Positions 43,938 to 55,955 of a stretch of DNA of 64,000 nucleotides are shown piece by piece. Origin of the DNA: an uncultured Gammaproteobacteria bacterium (GTDB lineage Bacteria > Pseudomonadota > Gammaproteobacteria > Pseudomonadales > Pseudohongiellaceae); NCBI GenBank assembly GCA_903889815.1, contig CAISYX010000016.1, positions 3,494 to 67,493 of the forward strand, given 5' to 3'. How positions within the stretch are numbered: position 1 is the stretch's first letter; each line of letters opens with the position of its first letter. Under the pieces are notes generated by a model. It did no database searches, was not told the DNA's origin, and worked only from the letters and a program-made list of their open reading frames with translations. Made by a program: the position numbers and the translations under genes.

Positions 43938-45125
43938 ATGTCCGCGAGTTCCGATTCCGCAAAATTCAACTGGCAGGACCCGTTCCTGATGAATGAGCTG
44001 CTCTCCGAAGAAGAGCGCCTGGTGCGCGATACGGCACGGCAGTACGCACAGGACAAACTGCTGCCCCGCGTGCGCGATGCTTATCGCAGGGAATACACGG
44101 ACCCAGCGATCTTCCGTGAGATGGGGGAAATAGGCCTTCTGGGAGCCACCATAGAAGGCTATGGTTGTGCAGGCGTGAATTATGTCTGTTACGGGTTGAT
44201 GGCCCGGGAAGTGGAGTCGGTCGATTCCGGATACCGTTCGATGATGAGTGTGCAGTCCAGCCTGGTCATGCATCCCATCTACAGCTTCGGCTCGGAGGCC
44301 CAGCGGCAGAAATACCTGCCGAAGCTGGCGACCGGCGAATACATCGGCTGCTTCGGCCTGACCGAGCCGGACCATGGCTCTGACCCTGCGGGCATGATCA
44401 CGAGGGCCCGCAGTGTGGACGGCGGCTACCTGCTTTCCGGCGCGAAGAACTGGATCAGCAACTCGCCGATCGCCGACATCTTCATGGTGTGGGCGAAGGA
44501 CGATGCCGGAGAGATCCGTGGCTGTATTCTCGAGAAAGGCATGCCGGGCCTGTCAGCGCCGAAGATAGAAGGCAAACTGGCCCTGCGCGCCTCTGTCACG
44601 GGCGAGATCGTCATGGACAATGTGTTCGTGCCAGCCGAGAACATGTTGCCGAATGTGCGTGGGTTGAAGGGCCCCTTCAGCTGCCTGAACTCCGCGCGGC
44701 TTGGTATTGCCTGGGGCGCGCTGGGCGCGGCCGAGACCTGCTGGAAGACGGCGCTGCAGTACACACTTGAGCGTCAGCAGTTTGGCCGGCCACTGGCGGC
44801 CAACCAGCTCATCCAGAAGAAACTGGCCGACATGCAGACGGACATCGCCATCGGGCTGCTGGCCTGTCTGCAGGGCTCGCGGTTGCGGGATCAGGACAAA
44901 CTGTCACCGCCGCTTATCTCGATGCTCAAGCGCAACTCCTGCCTGAAGGCGCTCGACGCCGCGAGGGCTGCGCGGGACATGCTGGGGGGCAATGGCATCT
45001 CTGACGAATACCCGGTGATGCGTCACTTGCAGAATCTCGAGGTGGTCAATACCTACGAGGGCACGCAGGACATTCACGCGCTGATTCTGGGCAGGGCGCA
45101 GACGGGCATCCAGGCCTTCAGTTGA
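43938..45125 (+). CDS. gcdH: Glutaryl-CoA dehydrogenase
   Basis: ATG 43938 gives 395 aa. [36 protein letters not shown]...[17 protein letters not shown] is the acyl-CoA dehydrogenase family, GcdH type. Confidence 0.88.
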   Translation: MSASSDSAKFNWQDPFLMNELLSEEERLVRDTARQYAQDKLLPRVRDAYRREYTDPAIFREMGEIGLLGATIEGYGCAGVNYVCYGLMAREVESVDSGYRSMMSVQSSLVMHPIYSFGSEAQRQKYLPKLATGEYIGCFGLTEPDHGSDPAGMITRARSVDGGYLLSGAKNWISNSPIADIFMVWAKDDAGEIRGCILEKGMPGLSAPKIEGKLALRASVTGEIVMDNVFVPAENMLPNVRGLKGPFSCLNSARLGIAWGALGAAETCWKTALQYTLERQQFGRPLAANQLIQKKLADMQTDIAIGLLACLQGSRLRDQDKLSPPLISMLKRNSCLKALDAARAARDMLGGNGISDEYPVMRHLQNLEVVNTYEGTQDIHALILGRAQTGIQAFS

Positions 45126-45990
45126 ACAAGTAGTGCAGAAAGATTCCCGCGAACACCGCCGCGCCCACGCGGTGGTTGTTCAGGAAGGCTTCGAAACAGC
45201 CTTCGGGAGTGCGGCCACGGGTCAGGGTCTCCTGATGCACGAACAGGACTGTCGCCGCCACCAGGCCGCCATGGAAGAACATTCCGAGCTCGAACTGCAG
45301 TCCCGCAAGCAGCATCGCCATCAAGAACATGCCCTGCAGAGCGCCGATGATGACACGGTCAGCATCGCCAAACAGAATCGCCGTCGACTTGACCCCTATC
45401 TTCAGATCATCTTCCCGGTCCACCATGGCGTATTGCGTGTCGTAGGCCACTGTCCACAAGCAGTTCGCAACAAACAGCAACCAGGCCTGTGCTGGCACCT
45501 CGCCGCGCTGCGCCGCGAAGGCCATCAGAATACCCCACGAGAACGCGATGCCGAGCACCAGTTGCGGCAGATTCGTGAAGCGCTTCATGAACGGATACAG
45601 CGCGGCGATCATTACGGCAAAGAATGACAGCTGGATGGTGAGCGTGTTGGTAAACAGCAGGAGCACAAAGCCGAAGGCGCACAGTGTGCCGAACACAATC
45701 AGTGCTTCATGGCGCTTCACGGTACCTGCGATCAAGGGGCGAGTCCTTGTGCGCAAAACCTTGCCATCGAAGCGCGTATCGGCAAAGTCATTGACGGCAC
45801 AGCCAGCTGAGCGCATCAACGCAGTACCCAGCGCAAAGATGAAGAGCAGGTGCAGATCAGGAAATCCCTCGGCAGCAACCCACAGTGCACCAAGCGTAGG
45901 CCACAACAGCAGGTAGATGCCGATCGGGCGATTGAGCCGCGTGAGCTGAATGAAGGCAGGTATGCGCGCATGCGCCCGTGGAAACTGCAT
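45118..45990 (-). CDS. ubiA: 4-hydroxybenzoate polyprenyltransferase
   Basis: ATG 45990 gives 290 aa. [25 protein letters not shown]...[14 protein letters not shown] (NDxxD motif). The 3' end overlaps the gcdH stop by 8 nt (convergent). Confidence 0.9.
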   Translation of the reverse strand: MQFPRAHARIPAFIQLTRLNRPIGIYLLLWPTLGALWVAAEGFPDLHLLFIFALGTALMRSAGCAVNDFADTRFDGKVLRTRTRPLIAGTVKRHEALIVFGTLCAFGFVLLLFTNTLTIQLSFFAVMIAALYPFMKRFTNLPQLVLGIAFSWGILMAFAAQRGEVPAQAWLLFVANCLWTVAYDTQYAMVDREDDLKIGVKSTAILFGDADRVIIGALQGMFLMAMLLAGLQFELGMFFHGGLVAATVLFVHQETLTRGRTPEGCFEAFLNNHRVGAAVFAGIFLHYLFN

Positions 45991-46072
45991 GGCAAACCAG
46001 CGTTCGAGAATCGCCGTGCCGGCGACGATGCGAGACTTGAGGGAATCCTGCGGCTTTCTCACACGCGCCTCG

Positions 46073-47383
46073 TCATTTGAAGTTTTCAGCCATCTTCTTG
46101 ATATCTTCAGATGAGGCGATCACCTTGTCGATGGCGGCGGCGACTTTCATCGGATCCAGATCATGGCGCTGGTACAAAGACAACGGGATCTCCTCAGGGG
46201 GCACATCGCCGATGCCGTGGTGACGCAGAATGCGCATGGCGATGAAGATCAGATGCGCATACACGCAATGCTCCCCTTCGTAGTCGCTCTCGTTCTGGAA
46301 GCGCAGCGCCACGCTCACTTCCGGTGGCATGTTCCACAATTGCATCAGCCACGCCGAGATCTGGTCGCGCGTGACACCCAGCAGGTGATGATCGATGGCG
46401 GTATGGCTGATGTGAGGATTCGCTTCGACATACCGGCAGATGGAAGCAAAGTGTGGAGGGAAGGTGTGTGCCAGCACCAGATAGCCAAAGTTGTGCAGCA
46501 GGCCGCTGAGGCTGGCGAGCCCGACACTCGGACGCTTCGCGGGCGGCATCAGCTTCACCAGCGCCTCTACGGCGGTGGAGCAAAAGACAGACTGTTGCCA
46601 GTAGGGGGTAAACTCTGCCGGGTAGTCCTTCGGAATGGCCAGGCTATTGCCCAGTGCCATGCCCAGTGCCAGGTTGCTGACCAGATCAAGGCCAAGCACA
46701 CGCATGATGGCGTCCTGCACGGAGCGAATCTTGCTCGGCGCGGCATAGTAAGGTGACGACGCCCAGCTGACTACCTGCGCGGCGAGGCTGGCGTCCGCTT
46801 CAACAATCGCTGCCAGGTCGTTCACCGCCGCGTCCGGATTGGCGCGCAATGCGATGATGCGCTGCGCGGTCTGAGGCAGTGGCGGAATCTCCAGCGTCTC
46901 CTCAAGGCGCTGTTTGATGCGCAGCGTGGTGAAATTGCGAATGGAATTGAAGATCTGATCCAGGTCATTTGTGCTGGCCGGCGGTCGCAGTTGCAATTGT
47001 TCGCCGGGCACGGTGCAGCGAATGACGCGCACTCGGCAAGTGGATTTCCGCAGAGCCTCGCGCACAGTGCTGAGTGCCACCTGCCGACGCTCGATGCCGT
47101 CCACCGTGGCAATCTCGTACTGGCACTCCGCGTGTGCCGCAACTGCTTCGTCAAGGATGGTAGGCAGCACAAAGAATACCGGAGCACTCTCAACCTGCGT
47201 GAGCTTGCCCGCCCGTGTCAGTGCAACGATGTCGGCCTGCCGCATGGGCACCAGCTCACGCTCCACAAGGCTGTTCAGCAGTTTCAGATCCAGAAGGTGC
47301 GATACCGGGACCACCACCTGACCGCGTCCTCTGCCGTCATGCAGCACCACGACTCGCACCGGATTGGTGGGTTCGGAATACAT
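46073..47383 (-). CDS. HDOD domain protein with an N-terminal YbaK/aminoacyl-tRNA-deacylase-like region
   Basis: 436 aa. The C-terminal two-thirds carry HDOD-type motifs: [13 protein letters not shown]...[25 protein letters not shown]...[10 protein letters not shown]. The N-terminal domain call is from memory of homologues next to recG. Confidence 0.75.
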   Translation of the reverse strand: MYSEPTNPVRVVVLHDGRGRGQVVVPVSHLLDLKLLNSLVERELVPMRQADIVALTRAGKLTQVESAPVFFVLPTILDEAVAAHAECQYEIATVDGIERRQVALSTVREALRKSTCRVRVIRCTVPGEQLQLRPPASTNDLDQIFNSIRNFTTLRIKQRLEETLEIPPLPQTAQRIIALRANPDAAVNDLAAIVEADASLAAQVVSWASSPYYAAPSKIRSVQDAIMRVLGLDLVSNLALGMALGNSLAIPKDYPAEFTPYWQQSVFCSTAVEALVKLMPPAKRPSVGLASLSGLLHNFGYLVLAHTFPPHFASICRYVEANPHISHTAIDHHLLGVTRDQISAWLMQLWNMPPEVSVALRFQNESDYEGEHCVYAHLIFIAMRILRHHGIGDVPPEEIPLSLYQRHDLDPMKVAAAIDKVIASSEDIKKMAENFK

Positions 47384-47532
47384 CTAAGCGGCCTTCTGTA
47401 TGGGCATGGTGTGCCTGCATCTTGTTGTGGAGTTGAAGGAGCGACCGCGCCGCATGCCGAGTTTCGAGGGAGTTGGAAGCGCGGGCATTATAGCTGTGCG
47501 AATAGTCTGCCGCCTACCCGCCAGTTCCCGGT

Positions 47533-49623
47533 TCAGACATTGCCGTAGAGTTCGCGCTCGCCCAGCCAGCGCCGGATCAGCGGCTCAACGTTAGCGGGAT
47601 AATCGCGCAGCAGGATGTCTGCGTTTTCCTTGACCAGGTCGAGCATGCCGGCATCGCGGCTGAGGTCGGCGATGCGGAAGCTCATCAGCCCCGTCTGCTG
47701 GGTGCCGAGCACCTGGCCCGGCCCGCGCAGTTCGAGGTCCTTTTCAGCGATCAGGAAGCCATCAGTGCTGTCCCTGAGAATGCTCAGGCGTTGCTGCGCC
47801 AGCGCGGACAAGGGCGCCTGATAGAGCAGCACGCAATGACTTGCCACCGCGCCACGGCCCACCCGGCCCCGCAGCTGATGGAGCTGAGCGAGACCCAGTC
47901 GTTCAGGATTCTCGATGATCATGAGGCTGGCGTTGGGGACATCGACGCCCACCTCGATCACGGTCGTAGCCACCAGCAGCTGCAGGTCGCCTGCCTTGAA
48001 GGCGTCCATGACTGCAGATTTGTCCCGCGGTTTCATGCGGCCATGCACCAGGCCGATGGCCAGGTCTGGCAGCTGCAGCCGCAGAGCCGCGGCGGTGGCT
48101 TCCGCCGCCTGACACTGGAGTGCTTCGGACTCTTCTATCAACGTGCAAACCCAATACGCTTGCGCCCCCTCTGCGCAGGCGTGATGAATGCGCGTGATGA
48201 TCTCGCCGCGCCGGGTACTGGAGATGACCAGGGTATTGACCGCCGTGCGCCCCGGCGGCAGCTCGTCGATGACACTGCAGTCCAGATCGGCATAGGCGCT
48301 CATTGCCAGGGTGCGCGGAATGGGAGTGGCTGTCATGACCAGTTGATGCGGGACGTGATTGCCTGTGGCGCCCTTTTCGCGCAAGGCGAGCCGCTGATGC
48401 ACCCCAAATCGGTGCTGCTCGTCGATGATGACAAGGCCCAGCGTCGCAAAGTGCACATGCTCCTGGAACAGCGCATGGGTGCCTACCACAACGTGGGACT
48501 CACCGCTGGCGACGGCCTGCAACTGAGAGTCGCGCGCACGGCCTTTGATCTTGCCGCTAAGCCAGCCAATCCGCAGGCCGAGCGGTTCCAGCCAGCGCGA
48601 GAAGTTCAGGTAGTGTTGCTCGGCCAGCAGCTCTGTCGGTGCCATGACGGCAGCCTGGAAGCCGCTTTCCACAGCTTGCAGAGCGGCCAGGGCCGCGACG
48701 ATGGTTTTGCCGGAACCCACGTCCCCCTGCAGCAGTCGCAGCATGGGCCTGCCGTCGCGCAGGTCCTGCAGAATCTCGCGGGTCACGCGACCCTGGGCGC
48801 TTGTGAGCTGGAAGGGCAGTGCGGCCAGAAAGGCGGCGCGCAGTTTGCCCTGGCCGGCAAGCACCGGTGCGTTGAGCATGTCAGCCTGTTCACGCAGGCG
48901 TCGCAGACAAAGCCGATGACTGAGCAGTTCTTCGAAGGCGAGACGGCGCTGGGCAGGATGCTGCCCGGCAGACAGACTGTGCAGTGTCGAGTGCAGCGCG
49001 CCACTCACCGGTGGCCGGTGAAGGAACAGCAGGGCGTCACTGAGTGACGCGAAGCCCAGGGCTCGGCGCAGGGGTTCGGGAATCCAGTCGGTAAGCTCCA
49101 TGGAGTCCGTGAGCAGTGCCAGCGTCTGCTCCACCATGCTGCGCAAGCGCGACTGCTGAAGACCATCTGTGACCGGATAAACAGGCGTGAGCCTGGTTTC
49201 CAATGGCTGGGCAATGTCACCCTTGAGCACCTGATACTCCGGATGGTAGAGCTCGGGACCCGTCTTGCCGCCGCGCACTTCGCCATAGCAGCGGATACGA
49301 GCTCCTGGCGTCAAAGCGTTTTTCTGGGCAGCACTAAAGTGGTAGAAGCGCAGTGTGATGATGCCGGTGGCATCCTTGATGCGGCACAGCAGGCTGCGAC
49401 GGCGTCCGAACGTGATGTCGCAGCCAAGCACTTCGCCCTCGAGCAACAGCTCGCTGCCGATGTGGCTGGCGGCAATGGGGGTGATGCGGGTGCGGTCCTG
49501 GTAACGCAGGGGCAGATGAAACAGCAGGTCCTGCAGTGAGTGCAGATGCAAGGCGGAAAGTCGCGCCGCCACGCTGGGGCCGACACCTTTGAGAACAGTC
49601 AGCGGAGCAAGCTCTGCGGTCAT
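47533..49623 (-). CDS. recG: ATP-dependent DNA helicase RecG
   Basis: 696 aa. LKGVGPSVAARL, wedge domain, GDVGSGKT, DEQHRFG, and the TATPIPRTLA motif. Confidence 0.95.
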   Translation of the reverse strand: MTAELAPLTVLKGVGPSVAARLSALHLHSLQDLLFHLPLRYQDRTRITPIAASHIGSELLLEGEVLGCDITFGRRRSLLCRIKDATGIITLRFYHFSAAQKNALTPGARIRCYGEVRGGKTGPELYHPEYQVLKGDIAQPLETRLTPVYPVTDGLQQSRLRSMVEQTLALLTDSMELTDWIPEPLRRALGFASLSDALLFLHRPPVSGALHSTLHSLSAGQHPAQRRLAFEELLSHRLCLRRLREQADMLNAPVLAGQGKLRAAFLAALPFQLTSAQGRVTREILQDLRDGRPMLRLLQGDVGSGKTIVAALAALQAVESGFQAAVMAPTELLAEQHYLNFSRWLEPLGLRIGWLSGKIKGRARDSQLQAVASGESHVVVGTHALFQEHVHFATLGLVIIDEQHRFGVHQRLALREKGATGNHVPHQLVMTATPIPRTLAMSAYADLDCSVIDELPPGRTAVNTLVISSTRRGEIITRIHHACAEGAQAYWVCTLIEESEALQCQAAEATAAALRLQLPDLAIGLVHGRMKPRDKSAVMDAFKAGDLQLLVATTVIEVGVDVPNASLMIIENPERLGLAQLHQLRGRVGRGAVASHCVLLYQAPLSALAQQRLSILRDSTDGFLIAEKDLELRGPGQVLGTQQTGLMSFRIADLSRDAGMLDLVKENADILLRDYPANVEPLIRRWLGERELYGNV

Positions 49624-49633
49624 CGACAGAGAC

Positions 49634-50029
49634 TCAGAGCGTGCCAGGGGCTGCCATGATCGCCTCCACCTCTATCGCCACGCCGCGTGGAAGGGCAGCG
49701 ACCTGAACGGTAGAGCGGGCGGGATACGGCGCGTCGAAGTAGCGTTTCATGGTCTCGTTGACAGCGGCAAAATCTGCAAGATCTGTCAGGAAGATAGTCA
49801 GCTTGATGATGTCCTGCAGCGAGCCGCCGGCCGCCTTTGCCACCGCACTCATGTTCTCGAGCACGCGAACCGCCTGCACTTCGATGCCGCCCTTCACCAC
49901 ATCCATGGTTTCCGGGTCCAGGGGAATCTGCCCGGAGAAGAACACCAGATCGCCATGGCGCACAGCCTGGGAATAGGGGCCGATGGCCGCCGGGGCGCTG
50001 GTGGTGCTGATGATCTGTTCTGGTGCCAC
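49634..50029 (-). CDS. ridA: RidA-family reactive intermediate deaminase
   Basis: 131 aa. APAAIGPYSQAV...FFSGQIPLDP...PARSTVQVAALPRGVAIEVEAI. Confidence 0.88.
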   Translation of the reverse strand: MAPEQIISTTSAPAAIGPYSQAVRHGDLVFFSGQIPLDPETMDVVKGGIEVQAVRVLENMSAVAKAAGGSLQDIIKLTIFLTDLADFAAVNETMKRYFDAPYPARSTVQVAALPRGVAIEVEAIMAAPGTL

Positions 50030-50074
50030 GGTGATATCCTTGCCTGCAAAGTGTGTAATGGTGGTGGGGGATAG

Positions 50075-52228
50075 TCAGGCTCTGGCGGGCTTGGCCATCT
50101 TGCGGCTCTTCACGCGCGAGACTTTGCTGACGGGCTTGATCAAGCGGATGCGCTTCATGACACGGGCCAGGTGTATGCGATTGCGCACGTTCAATGACAG
50201 ATTGACGATGCTGAAGCGGGCATCGCGCTCGACCGTGCTGATCTTCTCGATATTGGCCTCGGCGCCAGTGATGGTGGTGGCGAGCTTGGCGATGATGCCG
50301 CGCTCGTTCTCCAGCTCCACGCGGATCTCGACGGCGAACTCACCCTCGACGTTCGGGTCCCAGCGCACGGACACGCACTTCTCGGGATTGTCGCGGATCT
50401 CGGCGATGTTGTTGCAACTCTCGGTGTGAATCACCATGCCGCGGCCAGAACTGATGTGGCCGATGATGGGGTCGCCCGGAATCGGATGACAACACTTCGC
50501 GAAGCTCATCACCATGCCTTCCGAACCACGGATCGCCAGGGAGGTCTGCTTGCTCTCGCGACCGAACTCGGAGGCCGCTTCCGATTCGGCTTGACCTGGC
50601 ACCATGAGTCTTGCCACCACGTGTGCCATGCGATTTCCCAGGCCGATGTCCTCCAGCACGTTGTCCAGCTCTGCACTGTTGGTCTGCAGCAGCGCGGCCT
50701 TGATCTGGACCGGTGGAATCTTCTCGAGCTGGGTACCGTAGCTGCCCAGTACCTTGTTCAACAGGCGACGACCGAGCGCGACGGATTCCGAGTGGCGCTG
50801 GTTCTTGAGGAAGTGACGAATGTTGCTGCGCGCCTTGCCCGACACGACGAAACTCAGCCATGCCGGATTGGGTTGCGTGCCCGGAGCGGTGATGATCTCC
50901 ACCGTCTGGCCACTCTCCAGGGGTTCACTCAAAGGTGCCAGGCGCCTGCTGATGCGGCAGGCCACACAGGAATTGCCAACATCGGTGTGCACGGCGTAGG
51001 CAAAGTCCACAGCGGTCGAGCCAGCGGGCAATTCCATGATGGTGCCTTTTGGCGTGAACACATAGATCTCGTCCGGGAAGAGGTCGATCTTGACGTTCTC
51101 GATGAACTCCATCGAGTTGCCAGCGTTCTGCTGCATCTCCAGCAGGCCGTTCACCCATTGGCGAGCACGCACATGGGCGTTGCTGGGGGAATTGTCGTGG
51201 GACTTGTAGAGCCAGTGGGCCGCAATGCCGTTGTTGGCCATCGCTTCCATTTCTTCAGTACGGATCTGGATCTCGATGGGCACCCCGTGCATGCCGAACA
51301 GCGTGGTGTGCAGCGATTGATAGCCATTGGCCTTGGGAATCGCGATGTAATCCTTGAAGCGGCCAGGCACCGGTTTGTAAAGATTGTGCACGGCGCCAAG
51401 CACGCGGTAGCAAGTGTCGACTTTGTCTACCACGATGCGGAACGCATACACGTCCATGATCTCGGAGAAGGACTTGCGCTTGGAGCGCATTTTTTCGTAG
51501 ATGCTGTACAAGTGCTTTTCGCGGCCAAAGATGCGGCCGGGCATGCCCTCTCGCAGCAGACAGGCCTCCAGGGCCGTCTGGATCTGCTTGACGATTTCCT
51601 TGCGGTTGCCGCGGATGCTTTTTACTGCGGCATTGATGCGACGGGCGCGCATCGGGTAGAGCGCGTCGAAGCCGAGTTCCTCGAATTCGATGCGGATGGA
51701 GTTCATGCCCAGGCGGTTGGCAATGGGCGCATAGATGTCGAGCGTCTCGCGGGCCACGCGACGGCGCTTCTCGGGGCTCAGCACATCCAGCGTGCGCATG
51801 TTGTGCAGGCGGTCGGCCAGTTTCACCAGAATGACGCGGATGTCCTTGGCCATGGCGAGCGCCATTTTCTGGAAATTCTCGGCCTGCATTTCCGCGTGAC
51901 TGCTGAAGGTGATCTTGTTCAGCTTGCTGACGCCGTCCACCATTTCTGCGATGGCATCGCCGAACTGGCTTTTGACCGCCGCCTTGCTGATGCCGGTGTC
52001 TTCGATGACGTCGTGCAACATGGCCGCCACCAGACTCTGGGGGTCCATGTGCATTTCGGAGAGGATGCCGGCAACGGCAAGTGGGTGGGTGACGTAAGCG
52101 TCGCCACTGCGGCGGAACTGGCCATCATGGGCCTGTTCCGCGTAATAGTAGGCGCGGCGGACGAGATTGACCTGCTCCCCCTCCAGGTAGGTGGAGAGGT
52201 TGGTGGCGAGAGAGTCGATTGTAGTCAC
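50075..52228 (-). CDS. spoT: Bifunctional (p)ppGpp synthetase/hydrolase SpoT
   Basis: 717 aa. HD domain (HPLAVAGIL, HDVIEDT), synthetase domain, and TGS/ACT domains. rpoZ-spoT adjacency. Confidence 0.93.
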   Translation of the reverse strand: MTTIDSLATNLSTYLEGEQVNLVRRAYYYAEQAHDGQFRRSGDAYVTHPLAVAGILSEMHMDPQSLVAAMLHDVIEDTGISKAAVKSQFGDAIAEMVDGVSKLNKITFSSHAEMQAENFQKMALAMAKDIRVILVKLADRLHNMRTLDVLSPEKRRRVARETLDIYAPIANRLGMNSIRIEFEELGFDALYPMRARRINAAVKSIRGNRKEIVKQIQTALEACLLREGMPGRIFGREKHLYSIYEKMRSKRKSFSEIMDVYAFRIVVDKVDTCYRVLGAVHNLYKPVPGRFKDYIAIPKANGYQSLHTTLFGMHGVPIEIQIRTEEMEAMANNGIAAHWLYKSHDNSPSNAHVRARQWVNGLLEMQQNAGNSMEFIENVKIDLFPDEIYVFTPKGTIMELPAGSTAVDFAYAVHTDVGNSCVACRISRRLAPLSEPLESGQTVEIITAPGTQPNPAWLSFVVSGKARSNIRHFLKNQRHSESVALGRRLLNKVLGSYGTQLEKIPPVQIKAALLQTNSAELDNVLEDIGLGNRMAHVVARLMVPGQAESEAASEFGRESKQTSLAIRGSEGMVMSFAKCCHPIPGDPIIGHISSGRGMVIHTESCNNIAEIRDNPEKCVSVRWDPNVEGEFAVEIRVELENERGIIAKLATTITGAEANIEKISTVERDARFSIVNLSLNVRNRIHLARVMKRIRLIKPVSKVSRVKSRKMAKPARA

Positions 52229-52247
52229 AAGCCGACTCCTTCCTCTG

Positions 52248-52550
52248 TCAGAGGTCTTCGCCGAACGCGTCGTCGTCGTCGTTGTCGAGGATCTGGGGTG
52301 GTGGCGCCTTCAGTTCGTCACGGGACAGCGTGATGATCGGTGAGGAGGTACGGGCTGTCAGAATGCTGGCATCCACCAGACCTGCCGCGATCTCGCGAAG
52401 GGCGATTACAGTGGGCTTGTCGTTGTCAGCGGGAACCAGCGGGTCTTTGCCACCAGTCTGGATCTGACGGGCTCTCTTGCTGGAAATCATCACCAGCTGG
52501 AAACGATTGTCGACCATTGCCAGACAATCTTCGACGGTAATACGGGCCAT
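52248..52550 (-). CDS. rpoZ: DNA-directed RNA polymerase subunit omega
   Basis: 100 aa. [30 protein letters not shown]. Confidence 0.95.
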   Translation of the reverse strand: MARITVEDCLAMVDNRFQLVMISSKRARQIQTGGKDPLVPADNDKPTVIALREIAAGLVDASILTARTSSPIITLSRDELKAPPPQILDNDDDDAFGEDL

Positions 52551-52669
52551 AGGAATACCTGTTGTTGAGACTTGGCTGTTGAGAAGACCGGCGATTCTAC
52601 TAAAAGAGCGTCTGCAATGCCTACTTTATTCTTCCCTGGTGCAGCATTTACAGGCCTTTTGGCGTTGTT

Positions 52670-53419
<750 letters not shown>

Positions 53420-53468
53420 TCAGCTTCTTCAATGACAATATTGACCAGGCAGGTTGGCCATCACTGAC

Positions 53469-55955
53469 TCAGCTCTTGCTCGGGCGCTTTTTGACCCGTG
53501 CAGTGGCCTCTGCCTGCAGAGGGTCTTCCGGCCATGGATGACGCGGGTAGCGTCCTCGCAGGTCCTTGCGCACTTCGAAGTAGCCGGTTGCCCAGAAGTT
53601 GGCCAGATCCCGGGTGACCTGCACCGGGCGTCTTGCGGGAGACAGCAGGTGCAGTACAACCTTGACCCTGCCGTTCACCACCATTGGCGTTTGTTGCTGG
53701 CCAAACATCTCCTGCAGCTTTACTGCCAGTACGGGCTCGTCGCCCGCGTAGTCCAGTGCGATGCGGTTGCCGCTGGCCACCGGGATGTGGGTTGGTGCCA
53801 GCTGTGCCAGCTGCTGTTGCAGCGACCAGTCCAGCGCTTCGAGCAGAAAACGGCCCAGCGGCAGTTTGTCTGCCTGCTCCATCCGGGAGATGCCCTGCAG
53901 ATGCGGTCCAAGCCATTCTTCCAGTGTTTCCAGCAGCTGGGTCTCAGACTGTGGCGGCCACGGTTCGCCCAATTCACGATGGAGCAGTCGCAGTCGTCCA
54001 AGCAGTTGCCGGTCTTCATCTGACCACATCAGTGTGCCACGCTGACGAATGGCGTCCAGAAGCCCCTGCCGCACAGCCTCGGGGGGGAGTGAGCGCAGTG
54101 GCCGTCGCTCCAGCACCAGAGCACCGATACCGCGCAATTCTTCGCCGATCAGGCGACCAGCGGCCATATCCCAAGTCACTTCCTGGCGCCAGCGAGAGGC
54201 CCGCGGGAAAGCGTTTTCCAGCTGCGTCTGACTGATCGCCACGGCGTGGAAGATTCGCGCGCCGCTGACATCGCCATCCAGCTCCACGGCAATCAGATAA
54301 TCCTGCTTCGCAAGAGCCTGGGTTTCGGACAGCAGGGCCTGTCCTCCGGAAACCAGTTTGAAACGCACGCGACCCTGATCGCTGGTCTGCCGCTGGTTCT
54401 GCGCCACCCGATCCGGGAAGGCACGGGCCAGAAGAGGCACCAGCGCATCCGCATTCGCGGCCTGCAACGAGCAGCCTGCCCGCGCCGCCCATTGGCGTGC
54501 CGCCCGTTTCCAGCGTTCGTCCGTCACTGCCCGGTCGCCACCGCTCAGCGCGCCGAAGACCACGGCCAGATCCAGCTCGGCCGCTCCGATGTTCTCTTCC
54601 AGCCAGGCGATCAGCCAGCAGGCCAAAGCTTCGGCATGCAGAGACCTCGCTGAATTCATGAGCACGGCCAGGCGCGGGTGAGCCGGCCAGCGTCCACACT
54701 GCCTGCCATGCGCGCTGAGACTGCCATCTGCCTCCAGCAGACCGAGGGCCGACAACAGCTGGCGGGCGCTTGCCAGTGCCGGTGCCGGCGGCGGCGTCAC
54801 CCAGGCGAGGGTCGCCGGGTTCTGCACGCCCCAGCGCAGCAATTCGAACACCAGACCGGACAGGTCGGCCTGGAGGATCTCCGGCTCGCGGTGCGCCGCC
54901 AGCATCTGCTCATCTGCCCACAGGCGATAACAGAGTCCCGGCGCTTCACGGCCAGCGCGCCCCCGCCGCTGGTCTGCGCTGGCGCGATTGACGCGGCGGG
55001 TATCGAGAGCCGTCAGGCCTGAGCGAGGTTGATAAACAGGTGCGCGTTCCAGGCCAGCATCGACCACGATGCGCACGCCAGGCACCGTCAGACTCGACTC
55101 CGCGATGGCAGTGGACAGGATCACGCGACGCCGGGTCTCATCGCGGGTTGGCCGAAGAACCGCCTGCTGCTGGGCCAGCGTGAGTTGTCCATGCAGAGGA
55201 TGGATTTCGACATGGCCGGGGACACTGCTTTCCAGTTCCCGCTGGAGCCGGCGGATTTCAGCCTGTCCAGGCAGAAACACCAGCACATCGCCTGCGTGGG
55301 CGTGCAGTGCTTCCCGCACAATCGCAGCCTGATGTCGCTCGGGTGCTTCGCGCAGAGGCGGCGAGCGGTGGATAGTCGTGACGGGCCACACCCGGCCGGG
55401 GCATTCAATCACGGGTGTCTGCGGGCCGAGCACCTGCAGCAGGGCACCGACATCCAGCGTGGCCGACATGATGAGCAGTTGCAGGTCTTCCCGAAGCCCT
55501 TGTTGCACATCCAGCGCCAGCGCCAGGCCAAGATCCGCTTCCAGGCTGCGTTCGTGAAATTCGTCAAAGATGATGCCTGTGACTCCTTCCAGGCCGGGAT
55601 CATCCTGCAACATGCGCGTCAGTATGCCTTGCGTGACAACTTCCAGTCGGGTGGCGGCACTGACCTTGGATTCGCCCCGCACGCGATAGCCCACCGTCTG
55701 CCCAAGCGCCTCGCCCAGCAGTTCAGCCATGTAGCCCGCGGCAAGACGAGCGGCTACCCGGCGCGGCTCCAGCAGCAACCAGCGCGAGTGTCCGGAGGGG
55801 TCTGCCCGCAGCAGGTCCAGGGGCACGCGGGTGGTTTTGCCGGCACCAGGCTGGGCCACAAGCAGACACCGGGAATGGGCAGTCAAAGCCGCCTGCAAAG
55901 CGGGCAGGGCTGCTTCGACAGGCAGGGCGGCAATGGGGGCGGGAGAAGCTGTCAC
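53469..55955 (-). CDS. hrpB: ATP-dependent DEAH-box helicase HrpB
   Basis: 828 aa. AQPGAGKTTRVP (motif I), FDEFHERS (DEAH), SATL, and the HrpB-type C-terminal domain ending ...RGRYPRHPWPEDP. Confidence 0.9.
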   Translation of the reverse strand: MTASPAPIAALPVEAALPALQAALTAHSRCLLVAQPGAGKTTRVPLDLLRADPSGHSRWLLLEPRRVAARLAAGYMAELLGEALGQTVGYRVRGESKVSAATRLEVVTQGILTRMLQDDPGLEGVTGIIFDEFHERSLEADLGLALALDVQQGLREDLQLLIMSATLDVGALLQVLGPQTPVIECPGRVWPVTTIHRSPPLREAPERHQAAIVREALHAHAGDVLVFLPGQAEIRRLQRELESSVPGHVEIHPLHGQLTLAQQQAVLRPTRDETRRRVILSTAIAESSLTVPGVRIVVDAGLERAPVYQPRSGLTALDTRRVNRASADQRRGRAGREAPGLCYRLWADEQMLAAHREPEILQADLSGLVFELLRWGVQNPATLAWVTPPPAPALASARQLLSALGLLEADGSLSAHGRQCGRWPAHPRLAVLMNSARSLHAEALACWLIAWLEENIGAAELDLAVVFGALSGGDRAVTDERWKRAARQWAARAGCSLQAANADALVPLLARAFPDRVAQNQRQTSDQGRVRFKLVSGGQALLSETQALAKQDYLIAVELDGDVSGARIFHAVAISQTQLENAFPRASRWRQEVTWDMAAGRLIGEELRGIGALVLERRPLRSLPPEAVRQGLLDAIRQRGTLMWSDEDRQLLGRLRLLHRELGEPWPPQSETQLLETLEEWLGPHLQGISRMEQADKLPLGRFLLEALDWSLQQQLAQLAPTHIPVASGNRIALDYAGDEPVLAVKLQEMFGQQQTPMVVNGRVKVVLHLLSPARRPVQVTRDLANFWATGYFEVRKDLRGRYPRHPWPEDPLQAEATARVKKRPSKS

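Noticed and set aside
41622-44375. 917-aa version of uvrD, and similar N-terminal extensions in the track (dnaN to 4738, glmS from 23704, mnmE from 8988, iorB from 31344, M32 peptidase from 34638, gmk to 53407)
   Set aside because: The extensions are upstream read-through of longest-ORF calling. Internal ATG/GTG/TTG starts give canonical N-termini, usually with a Shine-Dalgarno sequence, and remove overlaps with neighbouring genes.
47791-49047. 418-aa plus-strand ORF
   Set aside because: It is antisense to recG.
50426-52333. 635-aa plus-strand ORF
   Set aside because: It is antisense to spoT, whose HD, synthetase and TGS motifs are unambiguous. Its composition is shadow-like (many D, H, V, G and A runs).
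52563-52584. Direct repeat TGTTGAGA ... TGTTGAGA upstream of rpoZ
   Set aside because: It is only 8 nt, occurs twice, and lies in a short leader. This is expected by chance and has no supporting structure.
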